Assembly (NCBI GenBank): GCA_965204375.1
Contig: OZ241986.1
Span: forward strand, 3,232,001-3,296,000
Reading direction: 5' to 3'
Source of the DNA: Candidatus Latescibacterota bacterium
Lineage (GTDB): Bacteria; Latescibacterota; UBA2968
DNA: 64,000 nt
The notes beneath the pieces were generated by a model, which did not search any database, was not told the origin of the DNA, and saw only the letters and a program-made list of their open reading frames with translations. How positions within the stretch are numbered: the stretch's first letter is position 1; each line of letters opens with the position of its first letter. The translations under genes were made by a program, and so were the position numbers. Shown here piece after piece: positions 28,019 to 38,247 of this stretch.

Positions 28019-29191
28019 TCAAAACAACGCGCGTTTGACATTGCGAACAGCCTGGCGGATTCGGTGTTCATTTTCGACCAGAGAAATGCGTACATATCCC
28101 TCGCCCATATCGCCAAAACCAATACCGGGAGAAACCGCGACTTCGGCCTCTTCCATGAGCTTGAGGGAAAAATTCATAGAACCGAGATACCGATACTTTT
28201 CTGGAATAGGCGCCCAAACAAACATCGACGCTTTGGGCTTATTGACGGGCCACCCAATGCGATTGAGGCCTTCTACCAGCGTATCCCTGCGGCTCTGATA
28301 CCTGGCGGCTGATTCCCGCACGCAGTCTTGTGGACCATCAAGCGCGGAAATTGCGGCGACCTGGATGGGGGTAAAAACGCCGTAGTCATAGTAATTTTTG
28401 ATCACGGAAAGCGCTTTAATCACCTCCGGATTTCCGAGGCAAAACCCCACGCGCCAACCAGCCATATTGTAGGACTTGGACATCGTGTAAAATTCAACCC
28501 CCACATCTTTGGCACCCTTAACCTGTAAAAGACTGGGCACCACAGTGTCGTCAAACGCGATATCCGAATACGCCATATCGTGAATAACAATGATATTTTG
28601 ACGGCGGGCAAAAGCCACGATCTCCTCAAAAAAAGAAATATCGACAGTAGCTGTGGTGGGATTGTGGGGAAAATTAAAAATCATCACTTTGGGTTTGGGC
28701 CACAATTCCCGCGGGATCATTTGCAGATCGGGCACAAATTCTTTTTCCGGACGCAATGGCAAGCTGAAAACATTGCCATTGGCAATCGCAACACCATAAA
28801 GATGCAGAGGATATGCCGGATTTGGCACAATGGCGAGATCGCCCGGATCGAGAAGCGCGAGACAAATATGCGCCAGTCCCTCTTTCGAGCCAATCGTGAC
28901 AATCGCTTCTGTTTCCGGATCGAGATCAACGTCAAAACGGCGTTTGTAATGGCGACAAATCGCCCGCCTCAACGCTGGAAGGCCCGCCGATGGCGAATAC
29001 CCATGCGTCTTGGGGTCGCGAACAACTTCGGTGAGTTTATCAATAATATGTGGCGGTGTCGGCTGGTCGGGATTGCCCATGCCCAGATCAATAATATCAA
29101 CACCCTTGCGCCGCAGATACATCTTGCGGGCATTGACCTCGTGAAAAACATAGGGCGGCAAGCGTTCAATGCGGCGAGAATTGATTTGCAT
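28019..29191 (-). CDS. class I/II aminotransferase, AlaC / LL-DAP aminotransferase-like
   Basis: [39 protein letters not shown]. Confidence 0.85.
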   Translation of the reverse strand: MQINSRRIERLPPYVFHEVNARKMYLRRKGVDIIDLGMGNPDQPTPPHIIDKLTEVVRDPKTHGYSPSAGLPALRRAICRHYKRRFDVDLDPETEAIVTIGSKEGLAHICLALLDPGDLAIVPNPAYPLHLYGVAIANGNVFSLPLRPEKEFVPDLQMIPRELWPKPKVMIFNFPHNPTTATVDISFFEEIVAFARRQNIIVIHDMAYSDIAFDDTVVPSLLQVKGAKDVGVEFYTMSKSYNMAGWRVGFCLGNPEVIKALSVIKNYYDYGVFTPIQVAAISALDGPQDCVRESAARYQSRRDTLVEGLNRIGWPVNKPKASMFVWAPIPEKYRYLGSMNFSLKLMEEAEVAVSPGIGFGDMGEGYVRISLVENEHRIRQAVRNVKRALF

Positions 29192-29211
29192 ACAATACTC
29201 TTTGAAAAAGG

Positions 29212-30792
29212 TCACTCAACGACGATGATGCCATCGAGCAGCAATTTATAAGTCAAACTATCGACCAGTGCGGTCCAACTGGCTTCGATAATATTTTCAG
29301 ATACACCCACAGTACTCCACACGCGCCGCCGGTCAGAAGACTCGATCAGCACCCTTATTTTGGCTGCTGTGCCTTTGGCACTGGATAACACGCGCACTTT
29401 GTAGTCTTCCAGGCGCACATCTTTAAGCGTGGGATACATGCTTTCAAGTGCCCGGCGCAAAGCCGAGTCAAGGGCATTAACCGGGCCATTGCCTTCGCCA
29501 ACCGTGTGGTAGATCTCTCCTTCGATATCTATTTTCACAATAGCTTCTACTTCAGAGCCTTCAGCACTGTTGCGATTGAACGTCCTGTAACTGATGAGCT
29601 TGAACGGTCTGCGAATACTACCCAATATCTGGCGGGCAATAATTTCAAACGACGCTTCAGCGGCTTCAAAAACATAGCCCTCGTGTTCGAGTTGCTTAAT
29701 TCTTTGCAGCAATTTTTGGACCGTTGGATGGCGTTTGTCCAGACCCGGAATCAAATGGTCCAATTTTGCTGCAACAGCCCCGCCGCCCGATTGTTCCGAA
29801 AGAAGAAAACGGCGCTGATTGCCCACAGATTCTGCATCGCAGTGTTCATACGCCACGGGTTGTTTGAGCATGGCATCTACGTGAACACCCGCTTTGTGTG
29901 CAAAAGCACTCTCGCCCACATAAGGTTGGCGGTGGTCGTGATAGACATTGGCTATCTCGCTGACAAAACGCGATAATTCCATCAGTCTTTTCAGATTTTT
30001 CGCGCCAATAGCTGTCTTCCCCAGCTTAAATTCAATATTTGGAATCACTGAACACAGGTTGGCATTGCCACAGCGTTCCCCATATCCATTGATAGTCCCC
30101 TGCACATGCGTGGCACCCATTTCGAGTGCGACAATGCTATTGGCCACAGCCATACCCGCGTCATTGTGCGTGTGAATGCCCAAAGGCACATCGAGCCTGG
30201 GTTGAATAGCACTGATAATCTCCTGTACCTGATACGGCATTGCGCCGCCATTGGTATCGCACAAGACGAGTATCTCTGCCCCGCCTTCTTGTGCTGTCAA
30301 CAAAGTTTCCAGCGCGTATTCGGGATCGGCTTTATAACCGTCGAAAAAGTGTTCGGCATCGTAAATAACTTCGCGGCCGTTTTCCTTGAGCCAGGCGCAG
30401 GAATCCCTGATAATTTGCAGATTTTCGTCCAGTGTTGCCCGCAAAACATCCGTCACGTGAAGCGTCCAGCTTTTCCCGAAGAGCGTGATAACCTCTGTTC
30501 CTGCCTTGAGCAAAGTGGTAAGAGTGGGATCGTCTTCGGGCGGATTGTCAACCCTGCATGTACTGCCAAAAGCGACAATTTTGGTATTGTGAAATTCGAG
30601 ATCGCGCACGCGGTCAAAAAATTCGAGATCCTTGGGATTCGTTGGATTGGGCCAACCGCCTTCAACATAGTGAATGCCCATCGCATCGAGATGCTGTGCA
30701 ATCATGGTTTTGTCTTCAGCCGAAAACGAAATACCCTCGGCCTGCGCGCCGTCTCGAAGGGTCGAATCGTAGATTTGTACAAGTTCAGACAT
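29212..30792 (-). CDS. cimA: citramalate synthase
   Basis: [37 protein letters not shown]. Confidence 0.93.
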   Translation of the reverse strand: MSELVQIYDSTLRDGAQAEGISFSAEDKTMIAQHLDAMGIHYVEGGWPNPTNPKDLEFFDRVRDLEFHNTKIVAFGSTCRVDNPPEDDPTLTTLLKAGTEVITLFGKSWTLHVTDVLRATLDENLQIIRDSCAWLKENGREVIYDAEHFFDGYKADPEYALETLLTAQEGGAEILVLCDTNGGAMPYQVQEIISAIQPRLDVPLGIHTHNDAGMAVANSIVALEMGATHVQGTINGYGERCGNANLCSVIPNIEFKLGKTAIGAKNLKRLMELSRFVSEIANVYHDHRQPYVGESAFAHKAGVHVDAMLKQPVAYEHCDAESVGNQRRFLLSEQSGGGAVAAKLDHLIPGLDKRHPTVQKLLQRIKQLEHEGYVFEAAEASFEIIARQILGSIRRPFKLISYRTFNRNSAEGSEVEAIVKIDIEGEIYHTVGEGNGPVNALDSALRRALESMYPTLKDVRLEDYKVRVLSSAKGTAAKIRVLIESSDRRRVWSTVGVSENIIEASWTALVDSLTYKLLLDGIIVVE

Positions 30793-30941
30793 GTGATTTC
30801 CTCTGGTTTGGGGTCAAAAAAGAGCGGTCATGCAAAACGATCCAACTCCCAAACCAATGGCCTCCGGGCAACGAGTGCCCGGATAATATCTCCTGCCTGT
30901 TCGCATGTGAGAATGCATAATAACTCGCAAAAAAGCCCGCG

Positions 30942-30960
30942 AGATGCGGGCGTAAAAAAG
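30942..30960 (-). terminator. intrinsic terminator after leuD (U-tract extends to ~30929)
   Basis: GCCCGC-atctc-GCGGGC followed by T6 on the minus strand. Confidence 0.65.
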
Positions 30961-30961
30961 G

Positions 30962-31555
30962 TTAAAAGCCCGTAACATAGGGAAGTTTATTGGCAACCTC
31001 CCGCACCGCATCGCGGCCTTCGAGAAGCATACCCGTCGCATCCCACGCGCCTTCGATAAGTTGGAGCCGATTGCCTTCTGCAATTTGGAGATCGACTTCT
31101 ATATCGCCAAATGTCAATTTTTTTTCTGTTAAATCAACAGTCATTTCCCGTTGTGGGTCTGCTTCGGCCGCGTCCTGAATTTTGACAATATCCCCGGTCG
31201 AAGCCGTCAGACAAGGCACGCCCATAGCCGTGCAATTGCCCAGAAAAATCTCGGCAAAAGATTCGCCTACAATGGCTACAATTCCCCAGCGCATCAGCGC
31301 CTGGGGCGCGTGTTCTCTCGAAGACCCACACCCGAAATTGCCATTGGCAATAAGGATGGACGCGCCCTGATAGCGCGGATCATCAAATGGGTGATCGGGA
31401 TTTGATTTGCGGTCGTCTTCAAACGCGTGCTCACCCAGGCCGTCAAACGTAATAGCGCGAAGATATCGCGCGGGAATAATGCGATCGGTATCGATGTCAT
31501 TTCCCCGAACGGGAATCGCGCGTCCTTCTACCTGCTGGATTACAGATGAATTCAT
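30962..31555 (-). CDS. leuD: 3-isopropylmalate dehydratase small subunit
   Basis: DIDTDRIIPARYL, NFGCGSSREHAP. Confidence 0.96.
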   Translation of the reverse strand: MNSSVIQQVEGRAIPVRGNDIDTDRIIPARYLRAITFDGLGEHAFEDDRKSNPDHPFDDPRYQGASILIANGNFGCGSSREHAPQALMRWGIVAIVGESFAEIFLGNCTAMGVPCLTASTGDIVKIQDAAEADPQREMTVDLTEKKLTFGDIEVDLQIAEGNRLQLIEGAWDATGMLLEGRDAVREVANKLPYVTGF

Positions 31556-31568
31556 AAATAACCTTCCT

Positions 31569-32966
31569 TCACATAGCGCGTACGTCAATAACCTCACCGG
31601 CGACGGCCGCGGCTGCAACCATTGCGGGACTCATCAAGAGCGTGCGCCCCGTGGGGCTGCCCTGACGCCCTTTGAAATTGCGATTGCTCGACGACGCGCA
31701 CACTTCGCGTCCCTGCAATTTGTCGGGATTCATAGCCAAACACATCGAACACCCCGCACCGCGCCATTCAAAGCCCGCATCTTCAAAAACGTGGTGCAAG
31801 CCTTCCGCCTCGGCAGTCTTGAGAACGGATTTAGACCCCGGCACGACCAGCGCTTTGACGCCATCGGCCACCTTGTGGCCCTCAACAACTCTGGCAGCTT
31901 CTCTGAGATCGGAAATGCGACTATTAGTACACGACCCCACAAAAGCCACGTCAATAGGCATACCAGATATGGCCGTACCCGGTTTCAAGTCCATATAATC
32001 ATACGCTTCGGCTGCAACATCGCGCTCATCGTCGGGCAAATCCGTCAAAGCCGGTACTTTTTCTGATACAAAAAGTGCCTGCCCTGGCGTGATGCCCCAT
32101 GTCACAGTAGGCTCAAGGGCAGAGCCATCGAGGTGATAAACATCGTCGTAATCGGCATCGGCATCGGAAGCCATAGAACGCCACCAGGAAACCGCGCGAT
32201 CAAAGGCTTCGCCCGAAGGTGCATAAGTGCGCCCCTGCAGATAGTCATAAGTCGTCTGATCGGGATTCACATACCCTGCACGCGCGCCGCCTTCAATGGA
32301 CATATTGCACACCGACATACGCGCTTCCATATCCATAGCTTCAATAGCGGATCCGGCATATTCGTAAGCATAGCCCGTACCGCCTTTTACACCGAGATTG
32401 CGAATAATATTGAGAATAACATCTTTGGCATAAACCCCATTGCCCAGCGCACCGGATACTTCAATACGACGCACTTTAAGGGGATCCATCGCCAAACACT
32501 GTGTGGCGAGCACATCGCGCACCTGCGAGGTGCCAATACCAAATGCAATAGCACCATAAGCACCGTGCGTTGAAGTGTGACTATCGCCACAAGCAATGGT
32601 CATCCCCGGCTGTGTCAGACCCAGTTCGGGACCAATAACGTGGACAATCCCTTGACGCTCGTCGTCCAGACCAAAAAAAGAAAGGCCGAACTGTTGGGCA
32701 TTTTCTTCGATGGCGATCATCATGTCCTCGGCCATCTCATCGGCAAATGGGCGTGCCACATCGCTTGTGGGCACAATGTGATCAACCGTAGCAAATGTGC
32801 GTTCTGGATACGCAATGGCGAGACCGCGCTCTCTGAGCATATCAAAAGCCTGCGGACTGGTAACCTCGTGAACGAGATGCAAGCCGATAAACAACTGCGT
32901 CTGTCCCGAAGGCAGCGTTCGCACCGCATGCGCATCCCAAACTTTGTGAAATAAACTTTGACCCAT
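31569..32966 (-). CDS. leuC: 3-isopropylmalate dehydratase large subunit
   Basis: [34 protein letters not shown]. Confidence 0.98.
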   Translation of the reverse strand: MGQSLFHKVWDAHAVRTLPSGQTQLFIGLHLVHEVTSPQAFDMLRERGLAIAYPERTFATVDHIVPTSDVARPFADEMAEDMMIAIEENAQQFGLSFFGLDDERQGIVHVIGPELGLTQPGMTIACGDSHTSTHGAYGAIAFGIGTSQVRDVLATQCLAMDPLKVRRIEVSGALGNGVYAKDVILNIIRNLGVKGGTGYAYEYAGSAIEAMDMEARMSVCNMSIEGGARAGYVNPDQTTYDYLQGRTYAPSGEAFDRAVSWWRSMASDADADYDDVYHLDGSALEPTVTWGITPGQALFVSEKVPALTDLPDDERDVAAEAYDYMDLKPGTAISGMPIDVAFVGSCTNSRISDLREAARVVEGHKVADGVKALVVPGSKSVLKTAEAEGLHHVFEDAGFEWRGAGCSMCLAMNPDKLQGREVCASSSNRNFKGRQGSPTGRTLLMSPAMVAAAAVAGEVIDVRAM

Positions 32967-33067
32967 CTATAACCTCTATTCTTAAAACCCTTTGGAACCA
33001 CAGACGTGCAGACACGAGGCACTGCTCTTGCATTTCATCTGTGCCCATCTGCGTCCATCTGCGGATA

Positions 33068-34624
33068 CTAAACGGTTGGTTCTCGCTCCTTGTGATTATC
33101 CTGCTGAATCGCCAGGCGATTGAGAGCATCGAGAAAAGCTTTGGCACTGGCTTCGATAATATCGGTTGAAACGCCGCGTCCCCTGGTCAGGCGTCCATTG
33201 CACGACACATTGACCGTGACTTCTCCCATCGCTTCGGCACCTCCGGTAACGCCGCGGATAGTATATTCTTCCACTTTTGTATTTGTATTATCTGTGGCTT
33301 TTTTGATCGCCCGATACGTTGCATCTACCGGTCCGTCGCCCCAGGCAGATTCCTGGACGTGGTTTTTACCGTCAATACCAATGCGAACCGTCGCAGAGGG
33401 AACCGTGCCAGTACCACTCACAGTATGCAAATAGTCCAGCGCGAAACGCATGGGAAAGTCTCGAATTTCATCTTCCACAATAGCCATGAGATCTTCGTCA
33501 TAAACTTCCTTCTTCTTATCGGCAACTTTGACAAAACGCTCATAAGCGATGTTTAATTCATCCTGATTGAGATGATAACCGAGCTCTTCCAGACGATGGC
33601 GCAATGCGTGGCGACCAGAACGCGCCGTAAGCACAATGCTCGATTCTTCCCAGCCCACAGACCTGGGATCGATAATTTCGAAATTTTCGCGGTCTTTGAG
33701 CACCCCGTCCTGATGGATACCAGAACTATGAGCAAAGGCATTGGCTCCCACAATAGGTTTATTGGGCGGAACGACAATACCCATAAGGCGGCTGACCAGA
33801 CGGCTCGTATTTACGATCTCGCGCGTCTTGATATCCGTATAGAGATCGAAATAATCCCCGCGCGTCTTGACGGCCATAACCACTTCTTCAAGCGAAGTAT
33901 TGCCCGCGCGTTCACCCAATCCATTAACCGTGCATTCGACCTGACGGGCGCCATTTCTGAGTGCTTCGAGAGCATTGATAGTCGCCATGCCCAAATCGTC
34001 GTGGCAGTGGACACTGATAATGGCACGATCGACATTGGGCACTTTCTCGCAAATATTGCGGATAATACGGCCAAACTGATCGGGAACTGCGTAGCCCACA
34101 GTATCGGGAATATTGATAGTTGTCGCACCCGCTTCAATGGTAGCTTCGATCACGTCGAGGAGGTATTGCGGATCTGTACGCGCAGCATCCATCGGCGAAA
34201 ATTCCACATCGTCGCAATGCGACTTAGCTCTTGCAACCGCATCAACAGCCATTTGCAGGACTTGAGCGGGCGTTTTGCCAACCATGGAAATATGGAGCGG
34301 CGATGTACCAATAAACGTGTGTATGCGCGGTCTTGGCGCGTCTTTCAGGGCTTCACCTGCGCGGTCAATATCTTCGAAAATTGCGCGAGACAGACCGCAA
34401 ATAACAGGCCCTTCGACCTCGTGTGCAATGCGCTGCACCGCATTAAAATCCTGATCGGACGATACGGGAAATCCGGCTTCGATAACATCGACATTGAGAC
34501 GCGCGAGTTGATGGGCAATCTCAACCTTTTCGCGCAACGCGAGCGAAGCCCCCGGCGTCTGTTCCGCGTCTCTCAAAGTAGTATCAAAAATAATGACGCG
34601 GTCTTTATTTTTTGCGTTTGACAT
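33068..34624 (-). CDS. leuA: 2-isopropylmalate synthase
   Basis: FDTTLRD, HCHDDLG, GERAGN, GIHQDG, C-terminal regulatory domain. Confidence 0.96.
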   Translation of the reverse strand: MSNAKNKDRVIIFDTTLRDAEQTPGASLALREKVEIAHQLARLNVDVIEAGFPVSSDQDFNAVQRIAHEVEGPVICGLSRAIFEDIDRAGEALKDAPRPRIHTFIGTSPLHISMVGKTPAQVLQMAVDAVARAKSHCDDVEFSPMDAARTDPQYLLDVIEATIEAGATTINIPDTVGYAVPDQFGRIIRNICEKVPNVDRAIISVHCHDDLGMATINALEALRNGARQVECTVNGLGERAGNTSLEEVVMAVKTRGDYFDLYTDIKTREIVNTSRLVSRLMGIVVPPNKPIVGANAFAHSSGIHQDGVLKDRENFEIIDPRSVGWEESSIVLTARSGRHALRHRLEELGYHLNQDELNIAYERFVKVADKKKEVYDEDLMAIVEDEIRDFPMRFALDYLHTVSGTGTVPSATVRIGIDGKNHVQESAWGDGPVDATYRAIKKATDNTNTKVEEYTIRGVTGGAEAMGEVTVNVSCNGRLTRGRGVSTDIIEASAKAFLDALNRLAIQQDNHKEREPTV

Positions 34625-34633
34625 TGTTATCCC

Positions 34634-34747
34634 TTAAAACATGCCAGAATCGGAGTGGAAATGGGCAGATGGAACGCTCTGGCGGTCTTTCCCCATCTGC
34701 CAAACGAGAGCGAGTTCTTCGGTAAGATCACCGAGATCGGGATCCAT
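34634..34747 (-). CDS. small 37-aa ORF between ilvN and leuA
   Basis: Near-perfect SD AAGGAGGTG upstream of the ATG; fills the intergenic gap. Confidence 0.4.
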   Translation of the reverse strand: MDPDLGDLTEELALVWQMGKDRQSVPSAHFHSDSGMF

Positions 34748-34760
34748 CTGCATCACCTCC

Positions 34761-35252
34761 TTATTGCGTAGCAGAATCTCGCAACAGGGCAACCGTGCCT
34801 GTGCGCGCGATTTCTTCGATGCCAAAAGAACTGAGCATGCCAATGATAGCCTGGATTTTATCATTTTTGCCTGTAACCTCTATGGTCATCGATCTGGGAC
34901 ATACATCGACGATATTTGAGCGAAACACTTCGGCAATTTGGATAATTTCTGCACGCGTTGTTGTATCGGCTTTGACCTTGATCAACATAAGTTCGCGCTC
35001 GACAAATGCGCCCTGCGTAATATCGATTACGCGAATGACATCAATGAGGCGATCCAATTGCTTGACCACTTGCTCGAGTACGCTATCGTCGCCACCGACA
35101 ACAATGGTCATGCGAGAAATACTCGGGTCTTCTGTCTCGCCAACGGACAGACTATCAATATTGAATCCGCGACTGGAAAAAAGGCCCGCAACGCGACACA
35201 GAACGCCAAAATGATTTTCGACCAGGGCACTTATCGTGTGTTTTTGAGTCAT
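34761..35252 (-). CDS. ilvN: acetolactate synthase small regulatory subunit
   Basis: ACT domain [39 protein letters not shown]. Confidence 0.95.
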   Translation of the reverse strand: MTQKHTISALVENHFGVLCRVAGLFSSRGFNIDSLSVGETEDPSISRMTIVVGGDDSVLEQVVKQLDRLIDVIRVIDITQGAFVERELMLIKVKADTTTRAEIIQIAEVFRSNIVDVCPRSMTIEVTGKNDKIQAIIGMLSSFGIEEIARTGTVALLRDSATQ

Positions 35253-35300
35253 TAAACATTTCCCGAATACATGAAGTGAAAACGACCTATGAGTAAATCA

Positions 35301-35473
35301 CAGGCTCTGTCCTTTTATGGGTGTTGTCGCAAGAGTTGGGGAAAGAGCCTGAACTAATGAGTGAGAATAGATAGAAAAAGGCTCACGAGCAGGAGAAGGT
35401 GCAGAACGAGCAGAACTCGCCCTGCAATAGAAAGGCGCAAAGAACGGATACGCAGTTGTACACCGTCTCGCAT
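35301..35473 (-). promoter_or_regulatory. Leu/Ile/Val-rich leader peptide (35354-35473) with alternative hairpins (attenuator)
   Basis: 39-aa ORF with 13 Leu, 4 Val, 3 Ile; segment CAGGCUCU can pair with upstream GAGCCU or downstream AGAGCCUG. Confidence 0.7.
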
Positions 35474-35700
35474 TGTGGAAATCGCCAATATAGAAATTGA
35501 GCGCATAATAGAAGACTTGGAAAAAGAAGTAATAATGTATCTTAGATTGAATAACTTACGCAATCTCAGTGGAATATGTCAAGAAAAAATATTATTTAGT
35601 TGTCGGTTGTCAGTTGTCAGTTGTCAGTCCACCCAGCCCCTGAGTAGCCAGTTATCAGTCCGCCCTACTCCCAATTCTTAATTTTTAATTTTTAATTCAC

Positions 35701-36450
35701 CTATATCACAAAGTCCCGCCGCACCCCGCGCATATCCATCTCAAATTCAATATCGACCACTGGCGGCCGGGTAAAGTGCCAGCGGAAACCGAGCCGTCGG
35801 GCTGGCCCAATGCGATTGAACAAAATATCCTCTACCAGCCCGTCCAGAGAATGCACCGTGTACACATCCACAGCATTGATCAACTCCCATGATCCACCCA
35901 GGCCGAACAGACGCTCGACCATTACATCCACCACATAACTAACCTTCTCCCGCATGGCTTCTGCACTGGTATCCCCACTGCGGACAATACCCTGCTCCAC
36001 AAGTACCCCCTCGCGCAATTCCCCTGCCCCAGCGATCACCAGAGTCCGCGGTGCATCAGTCGCTGCTGGTACCGTATAGGAAAATGCGTGCAACACCGGC
36101 TCCCCGGGCGGATCGAACAGCGGTGCCACATTGGTACGCGCCACTGGATTCAATTCCCCCACGTACAGGTCCCATGCTTTGAGCACCCGACAATAATCCC
36201 GATTGAAAGCGATAAATCCCGCCATAGTAAAAGGCGCGGGCGAACGCAACTCCATGCCGCACAATGCCTGTCGATCTCGCCCGACCTCCCTCAAATGCGC
36301 CTCAACCCGTTCAAAACCCTGCCGCCAGGGCAGATCCTGTTCCAGTGTCACATGGACAATCTCCCAGCCGGGATCGGCAATAACGCCGCAGGAATAGGGG
36401 TCAATACCCTTGAGAAAGTGGTAGTGTCCTTCGGACTTGGCAATCAACAT
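35701..36450 (-). CDS. RidA-fold protein, CnbZ (aminomuconate deaminase)-like
   Basis: PYSCGV, ELRSPAPF, NPVARTNVAP, RPPVVDIEFEMD. Confidence 0.65.
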   Translation of the reverse strand: MLIAKSEGHYHFLKGIDPYSCGVIADPGWEIVHVTLEQDLPWRQGFERVEAHLREVGRDRQALCGMELRSPAPFTMAGFIAFNRDYCRVLKAWDLYVGELNPVARTNVAPLFDPPGEPVLHAFSYTVPAATDAPRTLVIAGAGELREGVLVEQGIVRSGDTSAEAMREKVSYVVDVMVERLFGLGGSWELINAVDVYTVHSLDGLVEDILFNRIGPARRLGFRWHFTRPPVVDIEFEMDMRGVRRDFVI

Positions 36451-36496
36451 AATAACTCTCTGTACAATTACAACTAATCGCAAACTATCTACCCCC

Positions 36497-37042
36497 TCAC
36501 CCCAACCCGATAAATTTGAGAAACGTCTTTTTTCCACCCGTCTCTTTTCGCGCATTCCACGCTTCAAGTCTGGCATAATAGGGTTCTTCTTCCCACGTCT
36601 CCCACTTTGCAATAGCCTTAATTTCACCCAATGGCGTGTACCCGTCGAGTTCATACGGGCAATCGGTAGATTGGCTAATGCTGAGCAACTCGATATCGCC
36701 CTCTTCGTCAAACTCGAGATCAAATGGATATCTTCGGCAAGTCACCGGGCGATAATCGTAGATAGTACACAAATCATCTTCACCCAGATATTGGCATCCG
36801 CTCTCGGTTCTACGCAATCCCATAATGCGCTGACCAGACCTCAAACGTATCCAGCCGGGCTGATCCTCGCCCCATTCAATCTCACTCGGCTTATAAAAAT
36901 CGACAACATCACAAGCCGCCTGATCTGTGCCCTCAATAATGCGGCGCACATCTTCGTCGGTAACCAGAACAATGGGATCTCGGCAGCAATTTCCACAGCG
37001 AGTGCAGCGAAACTTGAGCAAGTGTTTCCACTCTTGCGCCAT
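36497..37042 (-). CDS. YkgJ-family CxxCxxCC cysteine-cluster protein
   Basis: FRCTRCGNCC, CQYL, CTIYDYRPVTCRRYPF. Confidence 0.9.
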   Translation of the reverse strand: MAQEWKHLLKFRCTRCGNCCRDPIVLVTDEDVRRIIEGTDQAACDVVDFYKPSEIEWGEDQPGWIRLRSGQRIMGLRRTESGCQYLGEDDLCTIYDYRPVTCRRYPFDLEFDEEGDIELLSISQSTDCPYELDGYTPLGEIKAIAKWETWEEEPYYARLEAWNARKETGGKKTFLKFIGLG

Positions 37043-37057
37043 ATCGTCTCCAAATAG

Positions 37058-38236
37058 TTATACGGCCTTTTGTTCCAACCAGTCCTTCGTAATTTCAAGA
37101 CCAAAACCGGGAGCATTGCTCGGAATGAGATAACCGTCTTTGATCACAGGGGTTCCCGGCAGCGCGACGCGTTCTTCGAGCGGAACGCCCGGAGGCGATA
37201 CCCCTTCGGAACGCTCGCCCCACTGTATCGCCGGCATAGCATAAGAAAGGTGCTGACCGTAGGGGTAATTCATGCCCGCGTGGCTGATAACCGTTAGCCC
37301 ATGCGCCTCGGCAATATGGCATATTCGCATCAAGGCCGTCACACCACCTGCCCACTGAATATCGGGCTGCAAAATATCGACAAGCCCCTGGCTCGCGGCT
37401 GTGGCAAAGGGATGGATGGTGTACCAGTGTTCGCCCGTTGCGAGAATTTGCCCGGGGACGCGCTGACGCACTTTCGCATAGCTTTCCATATCTTCGGGCA
37501 GCACGTAATCTTCAAGCCACTTGAGACGATATGGTTTTAATGCTTCGACAAGGCGAACCGTGTACTCGACATTGAGCGACATCCACGCATCGAGCATGAG
37601 TTCCACATCATCGCCAATCTGCTCGCGCGTTTTTGCAACGAGTTCTGCAGTCTTATTTATGCCCTCAATACCGGACTCCGGTCCATATCGCGCAAAGAGC
37701 TTGACCGCCTTGAAACCCAGTTCGAGAAACCATTCAATGCTATTTTCCGTACCATAAGATATATCTGTATTGCTGGCATAACAGAAAATTTTGTCTTTTT
37801 GAGGACCGCCCAAAAGCTCGTAAACAGGACGCTGCAAAATTTTTCCCTTTAAGTCCCACAGGGCATTATCCACAGCACTGATGGCATAGCTGGACAAACC
37901 CGCCGTATGATAAGGCGAAGAAGCGCGGCGCATCATGTCCCATAACTTTTCAGTCGCCATGCAATTTTGCCCTTCGAGCAAAGGAGCAAAATGATCGTTG
38001 ATAATACTGAGCACTGGACCGCTATTGATAGTGAAACCAATCCCCCATGTGCCGTCTTGCGCGGTCACGACACAGGCTGCGCGGGTCCAATTTGAACCCC
38101 ACCCTGATCTTTTAAATTCGGGATATCGCGCCATAGGACTGATAAAACCATCTGTGGGCAACTTCGGGACGCGAGGTTCTGTTTTTTGAGCGGGAGAAAT
38201 ATCGACGGCAACTGCGCGAATATCTTTGATTTTCAT
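37058..38236 (-). CDS. mandelate racemase/enolase-family acid-sugar dehydratase (rhamnonate dehydratase-like)
   Basis: ALWDLKGK...PVYELLGG, MLDAW, WLED, GEH, ILQPD. Confidence 0.85.
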   Translation of the reverse strand: MKIKDIRAVAVDISPAQKTEPRVPKLPTDGFISPMARYPEFKRSGWGSNWTRAACVVTAQDGTWGIGFTINSGPVLSIINDHFAPLLEGQNCMATEKLWDMMRRASSPYHTAGLSSYAISAVDNALWDLKGKILQRPVYELLGGPQKDKIFCYASNTDISYGTENSIEWFLELGFKAVKLFARYGPESGIEGINKTAELVAKTREQIGDDVELMLDAWMSLNVEYTVRLVEALKPYRLKWLEDYVLPEDMESYAKVRQRVPGQILATGEHWYTIHPFATAASQGLVDILQPDIQWAGGVTALMRICHIAEAHGLTVISHAGMNYPYGQHLSYAMPAIQWGERSEGVSPPGVPLEERVALPGTPVIKDGYLIPSNAPGFGLEITKDWLEQKAV

Positions 38237-38247
38237 AATTATTCCTC

